64,000 bases of DNA, taken from the NCBI GenBank assembly GCA_903915955.1, contig CAIWUU010000058.1:8169-72168 (forward strand), given 5' to 3'. Numbering within the stretch: the stretch's first letter is position 1; every line of letters starts with the position of its first letter. This document shows positions 41,363-51,276 of the stretch, in pieces. The stretch comes from an uncultured Chlorobiaceae bacterium. Its GTDB lineage: Bacteria > Bacteroidota > Chlorobiia > Chlorobiales > Chlorobiaceae. The position numbers and the translations under genes were made by a program. The notes under the pieces were generated by a model. The model did not search any database. It was not told the DNA's origin and worked only from the letters and a program-made list of their open reading frames with translations.

Positions 41363-42313
41363 CTACCCTATAGACCAGAGTTTGATCTTCCGGTCATCGC
41401 TGCCGCTCGCAATTATTTTTCCATCAGGCGAAACATCGACTGACTGCACTTCGAGAACATGACCCCTGTAAAGATGCTGCTCCTTGCCGGATGCGACATC
41501 CCAAAGCCTCACTGTTTCATCGTTTGCCGCACTGACAACTTTTAAACCATCAGGAGTAAAACAGACACTGCGCACAGCATCTCCATGGCCCGTAAACACC
41601 TTGACAATATCTCCTGTTGCAGCATCAAGAACCTTGACCAGGGCATCACGTCCACAAAAAGCAATAAACTTGTCGTCAGGGCTGTATGTCAGCGCGTGTG
41701 AAAGTCTGTCGTCAGTCTTGTAGTTGGCAATATTTTTGCCGCTCGCAACATCCCATATTTTTATAACCGGTTCTTCACCACAACTTGCCAGCCTCTGCCC
41801 ATCATGACTGTATGCCAAGCACTCAATATACGATTTATGACCGAGAAACCTTGAAAGCTCCTTTCCAGTTTCAACATCCCAGAGGCGTATTGTCGTATCG
41901 CGAGAACAACTCGCCACTACCTTGCAATCCGGACTGAAGGCCACCATGCGCACAGCCGTATCATGCCCCTTGCACACATGCAGACACTGACCATTCGCTG
42001 CATCCCATATCCTTACCGTACTGTCGGTGCTGCCACTGGCAAGCCTCCGGCTGTCACGGCTGTAATCAATACACTCAACCCAAGTCTCATGCCCCTTCAT
42101 GGTGAAAAGACTTTTACCTGATGCCACGTCCCATAACATCACGGTCTCGTCAAAACTGCCACTGACAAGTTTTTTGCCATCAGTACTGAATTTTACCCCG
42201 AGCACCCGGTCAAGATGACCCTCCATCGTCTTGATCAGGTTGACATCTTCAATCACCTTTGGAAGTTTGAGTTCCACTTCCTTTTTACCGAATATGTTCG
42301 ACAAGAAACCCAT
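41363..42313 (-). CDS. stand-alone seven-bladed WD40 repeat protein
   Basis: 316 aa. Seven GH...(L/I)WD-type repeats are visible (MLWDV, IWDA, LWDV, IWDV, a degenerate VKVLDA, LWDV, LWSI). No other domain is present. Confidence 0.9.
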   Translation of the reverse strand: MGFLSNIFGKKEVELKLPKVIEDVNLIKTMEGHLDRVLGVKFSTDGKKLVSGSFDETVMLWDVASGKSLFTMKGHETWVECIDYSRDSRRLASGSTDSTVRIWDAANGQCLHVCKGHDTAVRMVAFSPDCKVVASCSRDTTIRLWDVETGKELSRFLGHKSYIECLAYSHDGQRLASCGEEPVIKIWDVASGKNIANYKTDDRLSHALTYSPDDKFIAFCGRDALVKVLDAATGDIVKVFTGHGDAVRSVCFTPDGLKVVSAANDETVRLWDVASGKEQHLYRGHVLEVQSVDVSPDGKIIASGSDDRKIKLWSIG

Positions 42314-42438
42314 GAGCCTTATTTTTGTTTGAATTAATACTCGACATTGTTAACACCACCAGATCGTCAAAAGGCGAAAAGCTGGTTTTATGTGCCAATT
42401 TAAAAAAAATTATCTCCTTCACCGAATTCTCTGCTCCG

Positions 42439-43599
42439 TCAGGAAAAATTATAGCTCCTCCCTTTCCATTGTGAGCCTTTTCCAAATTTAATCGTGTAAA
42501 ATGAGTTGCAGGCTATGGCAAGCAACACTATCTCTGAGAAGAGGTGAAGAGGCACAAACAACAGTGACTGACGAAATACCTTCGCAACAATAAGCCGACT
42601 GAGAAGAACAACACCTGTCTGGGAAAGCGGCAGCCAGAAATGCACCATGCTGAACTCAGCAGTTGACAAGGCTCGGACAAGAAAGAGATATGGAGCAATA
42701 TAGATGATGAACGAGACGACAATCATGGCAAAGAGTGCTGCCGTTTTGTATCCAAGACCCGCAAAAAGATTTTTTGAAAACCCCTCCCAAACCTCCCTGG
42801 CATTACGATACATCCTGCAACTGACGGTATCCCGCCCGTTAAAAGCAGCCACAATGCCACCAGCTTTTTTCACCGCCATGCAGAGCCAGACATCTTCAAC
42901 AATATTGCCCTTGACAGCGGCATGGCCATTGATGCCATCATACATACCCTTCCGAAAGAGGATAAACTGACCGTTGGCAAAACTGAACGCAGGATTTCGG
43001 CTTGTCTGGACAAACCGCAAGGGCAGATAGCACATAAGAATAAAATAGACCATCGGCACCACAAGCTTCTCCCAGAAAGAGCCGAGCTCCTGCAGAGGTG
43101 TCAGAGAGAGCATGTCAGCACCTGATTTCTGCAAAGCGCCGACCGAGCGGCGAAGAGAGTAGGGCTGGTGCATGGTATCTGCATCAGTAAAAAGAAGCAG
43201 CTCCCCTTTTGCCTGCCGCCCAAGCTGATGACAAGCCCAGGTTTTTCCGTGCCATCCGTCGGGAAGTGGCATGCCTTTCAGTATGCGCAGGCGCCCGACA
43301 GACTCGCCGACAAGAGAGCGCAATAACTCCGGAGTTGCATCGGTTGAGCCATCATCCAGAACCAGAATCTCATAAGCTCCATAGTTCTGCTGCAGAAGCG
43401 ATCGTACACAACGTTCGATATTCAGCGCTTCGTTTCGGGCAGGAACCAGAATAGAGACGAGTGGCCCTGTGCCAGATGAATGCACTGGCATACAAGGCAG
43501 ATCAATCAGGTTTCTCAGCAAAATTCCAAAAAAAACCAGCAGTGACAACAGTATCAGTATCTGATAGAAAAGCAGCATGACAACGATAAAAAAGGCCAT
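42439..43599 (-). CDS. membrane-bound family-2 glycosyltransferase (carotenoid/lipid glycosyltransferase-like)
   Basis: An N-terminal TM segment, the GT2 core VSILVPARNE, the DxD motifs LDDGSTD and FTDADT, and several C-terminal TM helices. Confidence 0.8.
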   Translation of the reverse strand: MAFFIVVMLLFYQILILLSLLVFFGILLRNLIDLPCMPVHSSGTGPLVSILVPARNEALNIERCVRSLLQQNYGAYEILVLDDGSTDATPELLRSLVGESVGRLRILKGMPLPDGWHGKTWACHQLGRQAKGELLLFTDADTMHQPYSLRRSVGALQKSGADMLSLTPLQELGSFWEKLVVPMVYFILMCYLPLRFVQTSRNPAFSFANGQFILFRKGMYDGINGHAAVKGNIVEDVWLCMAVKKAGGIVAAFNGRDTVSCRMYRNAREVWEGFSKNLFAGLGYKTAALFAMIVVSFIIYIAPYLFLVRALSTAEFSMVHFWLPLSQTGVVLLSRLIVAKVFRQSLLFVPLHLFSEIVLLAIACNSFYTIKFGKGSQWKGRSYNFS

Positions 43600-43642
43600 C
43601 CTTGCGGGCAGCCAATATGGTTCATGAGTATGACGAACGTCT

Positions 43643-44527
43643 TCAGTCGATCAATTTGTTGATGTTGTACTCGAAAATACCCTCCGCTCCAGCCTTTTTT
43701 AGCTCAGGAATCAGCTTGCGTACAATTTTTTCAGTAACGATCACCTCAAGCGCCACCCACTGCTCCTCGGCAAGACTCGATATGGTCGGCTGACGCAAAG
43801 CGGGAATAATGGCCATAATCCTGTCAATCGCAGATTTTGGCGCGTTCATTTTCAGACCAACTTTACCCTGGGCGTTGATTGCTCCAAGCAGCAACAGGGC
43901 CATATTCTCAATTTTTTCCCGTTTCCATGGATCGTTCCATGAACTTTTATTGGCAATCAGTTTGGTGTTGGATTCAAGAATGGTATCAATAATCCTTAAC
44001 TTGTTTGCCCGGAGAGATGAACCGGTTTCCGTCACCTCAACAATAGCATCAGCAAGATCCGGTGGCTTGACCTCAGTAGCTCCCCAACTGAACTCGACAG
44101 AGGCATTAACCCCGTTTTTGGCAAGATATTTCTTTGTAATGTTAACAACCTCAGTAGCAATATGCTTGCCCTCAAGCTCTTTAACCGACGTGATCGGGGA
44201 ACTCTCAGGCACACAGAGTACCCAGCGCACCGGCCTCATTGAGGCTTTCGAGTAAACAAGATCAGCAACCTCCACCACATCGGCATCAGTCTCAATAATC
44301 CAGTCCTTGCCGGTCAGCCCGACATCGAAGGCACCCAGCTCCACATAATGAGCCATCTCCTGGGCCCTTATCAGAATAGCTTCCAGTTCATCATCATCTT
44401 TTGATGGTAAATAGGAGCGACTCTGTACAGAAAAATGAAATCCGGCCTGCGCAAAAAGATCAATTGTTGAATCTTGCAGACTTCCTTTCGGCAAGCCAAG
44501 TTTCAGCACCTTGTTTACATTACTCAT
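43643..44527 (-). CDS. hisG: ATP phosphoribosyltransferase (long form)
   Basis: 294 aa with [10 protein letters not shown] at the N-terminus, the TGSSLRAN motif, and a C-terminal regulatory domain. Confidence 0.92.
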   Translation of the reverse strand: MSNVNKVLKLGLPKGSLQDSTIDLFAQAGFHFSVQSRSYLPSKDDDELEAILIRAQEMAHYVELGAFDVGLTGKDWIIETDADVVEVADLVYSKASMRPVRWVLCVPESSPITSVKELEGKHIATEVVNITKKYLAKNGVNASVEFSWGATEVKPPDLADAIVEVTETGSSLRANKLRIIDTILESNTKLIANKSSWNDPWKREKIENMALLLLGAINAQGKVGLKMNAPKSAIDRIMAIIPALRQPTISSLAEEQWVALEVIVTEKIVRKLIPELKKAGAEGIFEYNINKLID

Positions 44528-44554
44528 AAAAACAACTATCTAATACTATTAATG

Positions 44555-45286
44555 TTATAACTCCCTGAGCCGAACAACACCATTGTTAAATACCCCATAA
44601 GGCGAACTGCCATCAATCCACGTTCCAAGATTGACATACCTGCTGGAACCATCAGAAAGCTCTACGATACCTTTTACATGGTTATGGCCGCATATAAAAT
44701 AGTCGAAATCTCTCTCGCTCACCAATAATTCAGCAAAATTTAACAGTCGATCAGTCTCAAAAACAATATTGACCGGCTTATGCGTACGACTTAGTTGTGA
44801 TAACCCCTTCATCAATCCAATGGCAAGATCAGGATGGAACCATCGAAGGAGCGAAAGGTTAAAGCGGGTTCTGACAAAACGTGAAAAAATCTTGTACCCA
44901 ATATCCCCATTCCCCAATCCATCACCGTGAGCAACAATGAACCTGCTTCCATCAAGATGGAGCTGATTCATACCATACATGGTTTTAACGCCAAGCTCAT
45001 CGTCAAAGTATCGGCCAAGATAAAAATCATGGTTGCCCGCCACATAGACAACCTCAATATCGTGGCGCACAAGATCAGACAAAAGACAAATAAATCTGGT
45101 AAACCCCTTTGGAATGAGGTGGCGAAACTCCAGCCAGTAATCAAGGATGTCGCCAAGCATGTAGAGTGAACGGCCTTCTGACTTGACAAGAGAAAAAAGT
45201 TGTTCGAGCTTGTCAAGCTTCCGCTGTTCGCTCCGGTCGTCCTGAAGCCCTAAATGAATGTCACTGATGAAATAAATACCGGACAT
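44555..45286 (-). CDS. lpxH: UDP-2,3-diacylglucosamine diphosphatase
   Basis: It carries the calcineurin-like motifs ISDIHLG, LGDILD, GNHDF and GHNH. The start is set at MSGIYFISDIHLG (ATG 45286). Confidence 0.8.
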   Translation of the reverse strand: MSGIYFISDIHLGLQDDRSEQRKLDKLEQLFSLVKSEGRSLYMLGDILDYWLEFRHLIPKGFTRFICLLSDLVRHDIEVVYVAGNHDFYLGRYFDDELGVKTMYGMNQLHLDGSRFIVAHGDGLGNGDIGYKIFSRFVRTRFNLSLLRWFHPDLAIGLMKGLSQLSRTHKPVNIVFETDRLLNFAELLVSERDFDYFICGHNHVKGIVELSDGSSRYVNLGTWIDGSSPYGVFNNGVVRLREL

Positions 45287-45287
45287 C

Positions 45288-46001
45288 TCACAAAAGCCAT
45301 GATGCGGCAATGACAGCAAGAGGAATGGTCAGGTTATCAACCTCTTTCGGACTAACACCCTCCGCAATGGTTGCAATCAGGGCAATAAGCACGATTTTCA
45401 TCACATTAAAAGATTCGGGTACAATCAGATGTGTAAAAAAAAGCCCTGCGGCAAGACTTCCTGCAAGAAATGCCAGACTCCCCTCAATACTTTTGTCGCT
45501 GAGTATATGGTATTTCATTTTTCCATATCGGGTACCGATAATCGGCGCGAGACCATCACCCCACCCAAGCATAGCCATGGCAAGAACTCCCGCAGGCTGT
45601 TTATAATAAATAGTACCACAGATCATGGCAACCAGAACAAAATAGAGCGTGCCCTTCAGCAATTCACGCTTGTTACCGGTACGGGTCATGGTCTTCACCG
45701 CCTGGTCATCATCGGCAGCAAAGAGCCCTTTCTGAATAAGCAGGAGAGTCCATACAGCAAAAACAGTGATGTTGAGGTACTGTGACCAATGACCATCCAC
45801 AAAGAGAGGGAGAAAAACAATGGAGGAACCAGCACAGATATGGGTAATTTTACGGCTGATATCCCGTGGAAGCGAGTGGTTGGTGACCAGATAATCCATC
45901 AATGGAGGCACGCTGAAGACATAGATAAAGGTCATCAGGGTAATCAGCACATTGTGCCATACTATTGGAAGCGAGAAAAAAGTGACTGGTAAAGTATCCA
46001 T
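45288..46001 (-). CDS. CTP-dependent polyprenol/phytol kinase-like membrane protein (CdsA/dolichol kinase superfamily)
   Basis: 237 aa and polytopic. It shows the RKITHI pattern, and a C-terminal GWGDG..IGTRYG / EGS motif resembles VTE5/dolichol kinase. It lies next to the chlorophyll synthase gene. Confidence 0.55.
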   Translation of the reverse strand: MDTLPVTFFSLPIVWHNVLITLMTFIYVFSVPPLMDYLVTNHSLPRDISRKITHICAGSSIVFLPLFVDGHWSQYLNITVFAVWTLLLIQKGLFAADDDQAVKTMTRTGNKRELLKGTLYFVLVAMICGTIYYKQPAGVLAMAMLGWGDGLAPIIGTRYGKMKYHILSDKSIEGSLAFLAGSLAAGLFFTHLIVPESFNVMKIVLIALIATIAEGVSPKEVDNLTIPLAVIAASWLL

Positions 46002-46053
46002 ATAGGCTTTTATCGATTTAAAATCATGAAACCATTACAAAGTAATCGCAAGA

Positions 46054-47058
46054 CTACAGATTCATATATTTTGTTCCAACCATACCCGCAACGAGGAGAT
46101 TGTTGACTAAAAACAAAATATTGTTGATAACCTGAAACCTCAGAAAAGTATTGTGTTCCTGAACATCGCTCTTGCCGATTGCATTGCCAAAGCCATCTTC
46201 AACTGCCCCCCTCATAAATGATATGCCGCCCTTGGGATCGCGCAACAACTGAACCTGAATAGCCATATTCAGTAACAGACCTATGACGACAAAAACTGAA
46301 GGCCCCACAAATCCCCAATCAAAAGAGAGGTAGGCAAGCAGAGCAAAAACTACATCAATAATCAGAAATGAGACAAGAAAGGTATTTCTGGCGCCAATCA
46401 TCACAGTTAAAGATTTCAGCCCCCCCTCTTTGTCGCCTTCTGCCGATTTGAAATCATTAAGAATAATCAGCGCAACCGCCATGAAAAAGTTCAGACTGGC
46501 AAGCCATAATGCTTCAGGACGTATATCTCCAAAAAGGGCGTTTGCGGATAAAAATGGCGCCAATCCATAAGAAAAGCCAACCGCAGGAGCCGAAGCCATA
46601 ATATTTTTTTTCAGCTTGAGTGGTGGCGCTGAATATATATAAGCAACAAAAAGAGCCACCATAATTGAAATCAGTATGACCATACCCCTGACTCCACCAA
46701 TATGTAACCAAAAGAAGACTCCAATACCCATGGCAAGCAACAGGGCAATGATACTGTTCCATAAGCCCTCTTTTTCACTCAGGCGGCCTGACGGTATAGG
46801 ACGGGATGGCTCATTGACCCGGTCAAGTTCAAGATCAAAGCAGTCATTGACCGACTGGCTGAAGCCGGTGCCAAGAGGCCCGAACATTAGAAAAATTGCA
46901 AAAAGAAGAAGATAGTCGTGAACAGTGCCCTTCATCGCACCAGAAGCCATCACCCCTGCGGCAAGACATGGAAAGACGCTAATCCATGTTACAGGATCAA
47001 GAAGCTCCAGATGTGCCCTTACTTTATCAACCAACCCAATTTTTTCAGGAACCGGCAT
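46054..47058 (-). CDS. (bacterio)chlorophyll synthase, UbiA prenyltransferase family (BchK/BchG/ChlG paralog not assigned)
   Basis: 334 aa and polytopic. It has the Asp-rich motif NDCFDLELDRVNEPSRPIPSG and a second motif LNDFKSAEGD. Confidence 0.85.
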   Translation of the reverse strand: MPVPEKIGLVDKVRAHLELLDPVTWISVFPCLAAGVMASGAMKGTVHDYLLLFAIFLMFGPLGTGFSQSVNDCFDLELDRVNEPSRPIPSGRLSEKEGLWNSIIALLLAMGIGVFFWLHIGGVRGMVILISIMVALFVAYIYSAPPLKLKKNIMASAPAVGFSYGLAPFLSANALFGDIRPEALWLASLNFFMAVALIILNDFKSAEGDKEGGLKSLTVMIGARNTFLVSFLIIDVVFALLAYLSFDWGFVGPSVFVVIGLLLNMAIQVQLLRDPKGGISFMRGAVEDGFGNAIGKSDVQEHNTFLRFQVINNILFLVNNLLVAGMVGTKYMNL

Positions 47059-47167
47059 ACTTTAAGCCCGATGACGGGATGATTAAATGATCAGATATCT
47101 CAAAGAGCCAATTTACAAATACCACTCAAGATAAAAAACTCTGAAATGATGATAAAAGTGATAAGAG

Positions 47168-48505
47168 TTATGGCAAAACCGCTGGCACTGGTCTACCGGT
47201 AAGAGTAGCTGATGTTGCACCAGTAATGAGAACACGCAGGAGATCACCCGGCTGATAGTGTGCACGATCGAAAACCACTGCCCTGTTGCCAGCCGTCCTG
47301 CCCATAAGCTGCTCCGACGAACGTCGGCTTTCCGTTTCGGCCAACACCTCAACAACCGTCCCGATCGCCTCCTGAAAAAGCTCGTTAGAAATACTGTTCT
47401 GAAGATCAATAATCTCCTGTAATCTCCGTTTTTTGACTGATTCAGGCACATCATCCTCTAATGTTTCCGCAGCAAGAGTCCCCGGCCTGGTCGAGTAAAA
47501 AAACATGTACGCCGAATCAAACCGAACATTGGCAAGAAGATCAAGCGATGCCTGATGATCCTCCTCCTGCTCGCCACAAAATCCGGCAATAATATCAGTT
47601 GAAAGGGCTACATCAGGAATAACTGAACGAATCAGTGCTATTTTCTCCATGTACTCCTCAATGGTATGGCCACGATTCATACGGCCAAGCACGCTCGATG
47701 AACCTGACTGTACCGGTAAATGAAAAGAGTTACAGATGTTCGGACGTGACGCAATGGTACGAACCAGCGATTCAGAGATGTCTTTTGGATGTGATGTGGT
47801 AAAGCGGATTCGCGCCAGAGGAGCCTCCCGACTGACAGCATCAAGCAAAGCCGCAAAATCGTATCCTTTGTCAATGTCGCAATAGGAGTTGACATTCTGG
47901 CCAAGCAGGGTAATCTCCCGATACCCCGAAGCAACAAGCTTCTGAACCTCAAGCATAACTGAGCTAAAGGGTTGACTACGTTCACGACCACGAGTAAATG
48001 GAACGACACAGTAGGCACACATATTGTCGCACCCCCGCATAACAGGCACAAAGGCACTGATCACACCATCTCTTACCGGTTCAACCCCTTCATAGGTCTC
48101 CCCTGAGTTGAACTCCAGTGAAGCAAGCTTTCCCCCTCGACGAACCTGTTCAACAAGTGATGGGATAGTTCGATAGGTATCCGGGCCTGCAAGAAAATCA
48201 ATGGCCGGATAGAGTGAAAACATCTCCTCCTTCCGATACTGAGGAATACAGCCCGCAACTCCGACAATCAACCCTTTCTCTCTTTTTTTCCGCCCCTGAA
48301 GGTGCTGTAAAAAATGTTCAACCCGATCAACAGCATTTTCCCTCACAGCACAGGTGTTCAGCAGAACAATCCCTGCATCCAGCTCCTGTTCTGCCTGAAC
48401 ATAACCCTCCGCATGGAGGAAGGCTGCAATAATACCAGAATCCGCCTGGTTCATCTGACAACCAAACGTATGAATAAAAAAGGTGCTCCCTCTTCCTGCA
48501 CTCAT
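47168..48505 (-). CDS. miaB: tRNA-2-methylthio-N6-dimethylallyladenosine synthase
   Basis: The UPF0004 start is [14 protein letters not shown], the radical SAM motif is CDNMCAYC, and a TRAM tail is present. The start is set at [10 protein letters not shown] (ATG 48505), 5 nt after the nifU stop. Confidence 0.9.
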   Translation of the reverse strand: MSAGRGSTFFIHTFGCQMNQADSGIIAAFLHAEGYVQAEQELDAGIVLLNTCAVRENAVDRVEHFLQHLQGRKKREKGLIVGVAGCIPQYRKEEMFSLYPAIDFLAGPDTYRTIPSLVEQVRRGGKLASLEFNSGETYEGVEPVRDGVISAFVPVMRGCDNMCAYCVVPFTRGRERSQPFSSVMLEVQKLVASGYREITLLGQNVNSYCDIDKGYDFAALLDAVSREAPLARIRFTTSHPKDISESLVRTIASRPNICNSFHLPVQSGSSSVLGRMNRGHTIEEYMEKIALIRSVIPDVALSTDIIAGFCGEQEEDHQASLDLLANVRFDSAYMFFYSTRPGTLAAETLEDDVPESVKKRRLQEIIDLQNSISNELFQEAIGTVVEVLAETESRRSSEQLMGRTAGNRAVVFDRAHYQPGDLLRVLITGATSATLTGRPVPAVLP

Positions 48506-48509
48506 AACC

Positions 48510-49121
48510 TCAGATCCCAAAATGGAGGTGCTTGAATTTTGCAAGCAACACCTCTGTTTCATCCTTGCACTGGCCACAGACAGTGCCACACTTGGTGCGC
48601 TCCTGAAGTTCAAAATAGGTGCGAGCGCCTTCAAGCACAGCATCCTCAATATCATGGTCAGTAATGCTCATACACTGGCAGACCACTTTGACCTGCTCCT
48701 GCTTGACCTTATCCTCCTGACCTGTGCGGATATAATAATTGTTTATGGCGGCACGCAATGCCTTATCGCCAAGCACCGAACAGTGGATTTTGTGATCAGG
48801 GAGGCCCCCAAGCTCCTGGGCGACCTCTTTGGGAGAGATATGAAAAGCCGCATCAAGCGTTCGGCCTTTAACCATCTCGGAGAGAACCGAAGTACTGGCA
48901 ATTGCGCTGGCACAACCATAGGTCTTCCACTGGCAATCGGTAATAATATCCTTATCCTTGTCCACCTTGATGACCACCATCATCTGATCCCCGCACTGCA
49001 GATTCCCCTCCATCCCGACACCATCGAAATCATCGGTATTCTCACCTTGCAGAATGTTCTTCGGGTTCATGAAATGTTCCTTCAGTGTTTCGCTATATGC
49101 CCACTCACCTGCTTGTAGCAT
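48510..49121 (-). CDS. nifU: NifU-like Fe-S scaffold (IscU domain + BFD-like 2Fe-2S domain)
   Basis: It has the IscU motifs CGD, GCASAI and HCSVL, then CQC...CGTVCGQC. A strong SD aaaggagg lies inside the nifS 3' end, giving a 17-nt overlap. Confidence 0.85.
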   Translation of the reverse strand: MLQAGEWAYSETLKEHFMNPKNILQGENTDDFDGVGMEGNLQCGDQMMVVIKVDKDKDIITDCQWKTYGCASAIASTSVLSEMVKGRTLDAAFHISPKEVAQELGGLPDHKIHCSVLGDKALRAAINNYYIRTGQEDKVKQEQVKVVCQCMSITDHDIEDAVLEGARTYFELQERTKCGTVCGQCKDETEVLLAKFKHLHFGI

Positions 49122-50298
49122 GCAATCCTCCTTTTATATAAGCTGTTGACATGTTTCTGATTTGTTTTATTATTCTTGGTAAAACGTCAAGCAGGTATTC
49201 CACCTCCTGCAGGTTTGTTTCGCGCCCCATACTAAACCTGATTGAACCATGAGCAAGCTCTGCATCAACACCTGTCGCAAGAAGCACATGCGAAGGATCA
49301 AGAGAACCTGATGCACAGGCTGATCCTGTAGAGACTGCAATCCCTTCAAGATCCAAATAGAGCAGGATTGCCTCGCCCTCCACACCGGTAAACGAAACAT
49401 TGAGCGTACTGGCAAGCGACTCCGTCGGATGGCCATTGATGGAGATATCATCAATCCTCTCTTCAATTCCCTTTTGCAACAACTGTTTCAGAGCAAGCAA
49501 CCGCTCCTCCTCTTCCGGCATTTCAACCATTCTCATCTCTACCGCTCTTGCCATTCCAAGAATACCCAGAGTGTTTTCGGTTCCTGCCCGCCTGCCACGC
49601 TCCTGATGTCCACCTCTGATCAGGGGACAATAGGGAATACCCTGCTTCACAAAAAGAGCGCCAACTCCTTTCGGACCATATATTTTATGGGCTGAGATAG
49701 TAAGAAAATCCACACCAAGCTTTCTGACATCGACAGGCACCTTGCCCACAGCCTGCACAGCGTCAGTATGCATGTACGCACCGCTTTCATGCACCATTTT
49801 TGTAATGGTCTCAATATCCTGCAGTGTACCAATCTCATTGTTGGCCATCATGACAGAGACAAGACCAACATTATCGTTGAGCAGTCTGGCAAGCTGATCA
49901 AGATCTATTGTACCATAGCGATCAACATCAAGATATTTGACCTTGACACCGCGATGCCCCAGACACTCCGCCGTCTCAAGAACACAAGGATGCTCAATTT
50001 TAGTGGTAATAATGGTGCTGCGTTTTGAACCGGGAATACACTGGCTCGAAGCGCAGACAAAAAGAGAAAGCACCGTATTATTGGCTTCGGATCCACTTCC
50101 CACAAAGATAATCTCATTCTCTTTCGCACCGATAAAGTTGGCCACTTGATGACGGGCATGCTCGACATTTGCCCGCGCCTCCCGCCCGTAAGCGTGCATG
50201 CTGGATGGATTGCCGAACATCTCCATACCAGCGATCATCTCTTTTTTGACCTCAGGATGAAGTGGCGTTGTGGCATTGTGATCGAAATAAACCTTCAT
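49105..50298 (-). CDS. nifS: cysteine desulfurase (NifS/IscS class)
   Basis: 397 aa with the PLP-Lys motif SAHKIYGPKG and the active-site loop STGSACASG. Confidence 0.9.
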   Translation of the reverse strand: MKVYFDHNATTPLHPEVKKEMIAGMEMFGNPSSMHAYGREARANVEHARHQVANFIGAKENEIIFVGSGSEANNTVLSLFVCASSQCIPGSKRSTIITTKIEHPCVLETAECLGHRGVKVKYLDVDRYGTIDLDQLARLLNDNVGLVSVMMANNEIGTLQDIETITKMVHESGAYMHTDAVQAVGKVPVDVRKLGVDFLTISAHKIYGPKGVGALFVKQGIPYCPLIRGGHQERGRRAGTENTLGILGMARAVEMRMVEMPEEEERLLALKQLLQKGIEERIDDISINGHPTESLASTLNVSFTGVEGEAILLYLDLEGIAVSTGSACASGSLDPSHVLLATGVDAELAHGSIRFSMGRETNLQEVEYLLDVLPRIIKQIRNMSTAYIKGGLHATSR

Positions 50299-50515
50299 GT
50301 CTGCTATAAGATTCTAATATTGAGTGATTACGTCTTAAACCATTATTGATTTATTCATAGCTATTATTCTATCTCTAAACCAGTGGGCCACAGTCATACT
50401 GACTTTACACAAAGTGATAATAACATATCTCAGCCCTAAAATAAGACTTTCTTTGTCTTATTGCCATCAAAAAACAAAATCCCCTTAAAAAATGCAATAC
50501 CGAAAACATTTCGCC

Positions 50516-51190
50516 TTATAAAATAAGAAAGTGTCCGGTAAATGGAGGGACTTTTTTGCCATTGAGGTATAACTCGACACATTCAGGACGATCGACACTG
50601 ACACGAAAGCTGCTGCGGGACTCATAACGAAGCTCCTGGCCTTTGCTTAACGTTCCACCCGCATAAGCCTTTGCTCCGTCATCCGCAACAACCTTAACCC
50701 ATGAGTGGTCGCAAACCACACGAACAACCAATACTTTATGCCAAGGAGAAAAGGGAAGCGATGAAAGAAATGGTGAAAAATACCCTTTTTCAAATGCATA
50801 AAATGAGGTCAGCGCTATCAGAACAATGAGGAGAATAACAACAATCACTCGCGTTACTGCTGATGTCAATGTCAAATCATGAGGACGTTCTGTGACATCG
50901 GGTAAAACATTGCTCTTCACTGGAGAAAAAAGCTGCAACTCTTTTCGACATCGCTCAAAAGCCTCATCGTTACCTACTGCCAGCGCCCGGGCATACGCCT
51001 TTATATGGGCAAAAACATACACCCTTGGAAGAAAGTTGAAATCACCACTCTCAATTTTGGTGAGATAGTCTTTCTGGATCGAAACCAACTGACTTGCGTC
51101 ATCAAGGGAGAGCTTCATGGCTATTCTGGCATTTTTCAGCTCCCTTGCCATAAGCTCCAAGGCCGCGCCACCCGATACATGCTCTATCAT
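50516..51190 (-). CDS. RodZ-like protein (XRE-type HTH, one TM, C-terminal DUF4115-like domain)
   Basis: An N-terminal HTH (LKNARIAMKLSLDDASQLVSIQKDYLTKIE), a central hydrophobic helix, and a beta-rich C-terminus. Confidence 0.65.
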   Translation of the reverse strand: MIEHVSGGAALELMARELKNARIAMKLSLDDASQLVSIQKDYLTKIESGDFNFLPRVYVFAHIKAYARALAVGNDEAFERCRKELQLFSPVKSNVLPDVTERPHDLTLTSAVTRVIVVILLIVLIALTSFYAFEKGYFSPFLSSLPFSPWHKVLVVRVVCDHSWVKVVADDGAKAYAGGTLSKGQELRYESRSSFRVSVDRPECVELYLNGKKVPPFTGHFLIL

Positions 51191-51276
51191 CGGCGGTACC
51201 TCCGGATTGTGATAACATGAGCGAATTTATGAAACGACTATCCCCAAGTTTAATAAAAAAACATCTCCATTTTTAT

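Noticed and set aside
42439-43599. Giving the GT2 gene the symbol cruC and the chlorophyll synthase (46054-47058) the symbol bchK
   Set aside because: This rests only on vague memory of gene order in Chlorobaculum tepidum. Paralog assignment requires phylogeny, so the symbols are withheld.
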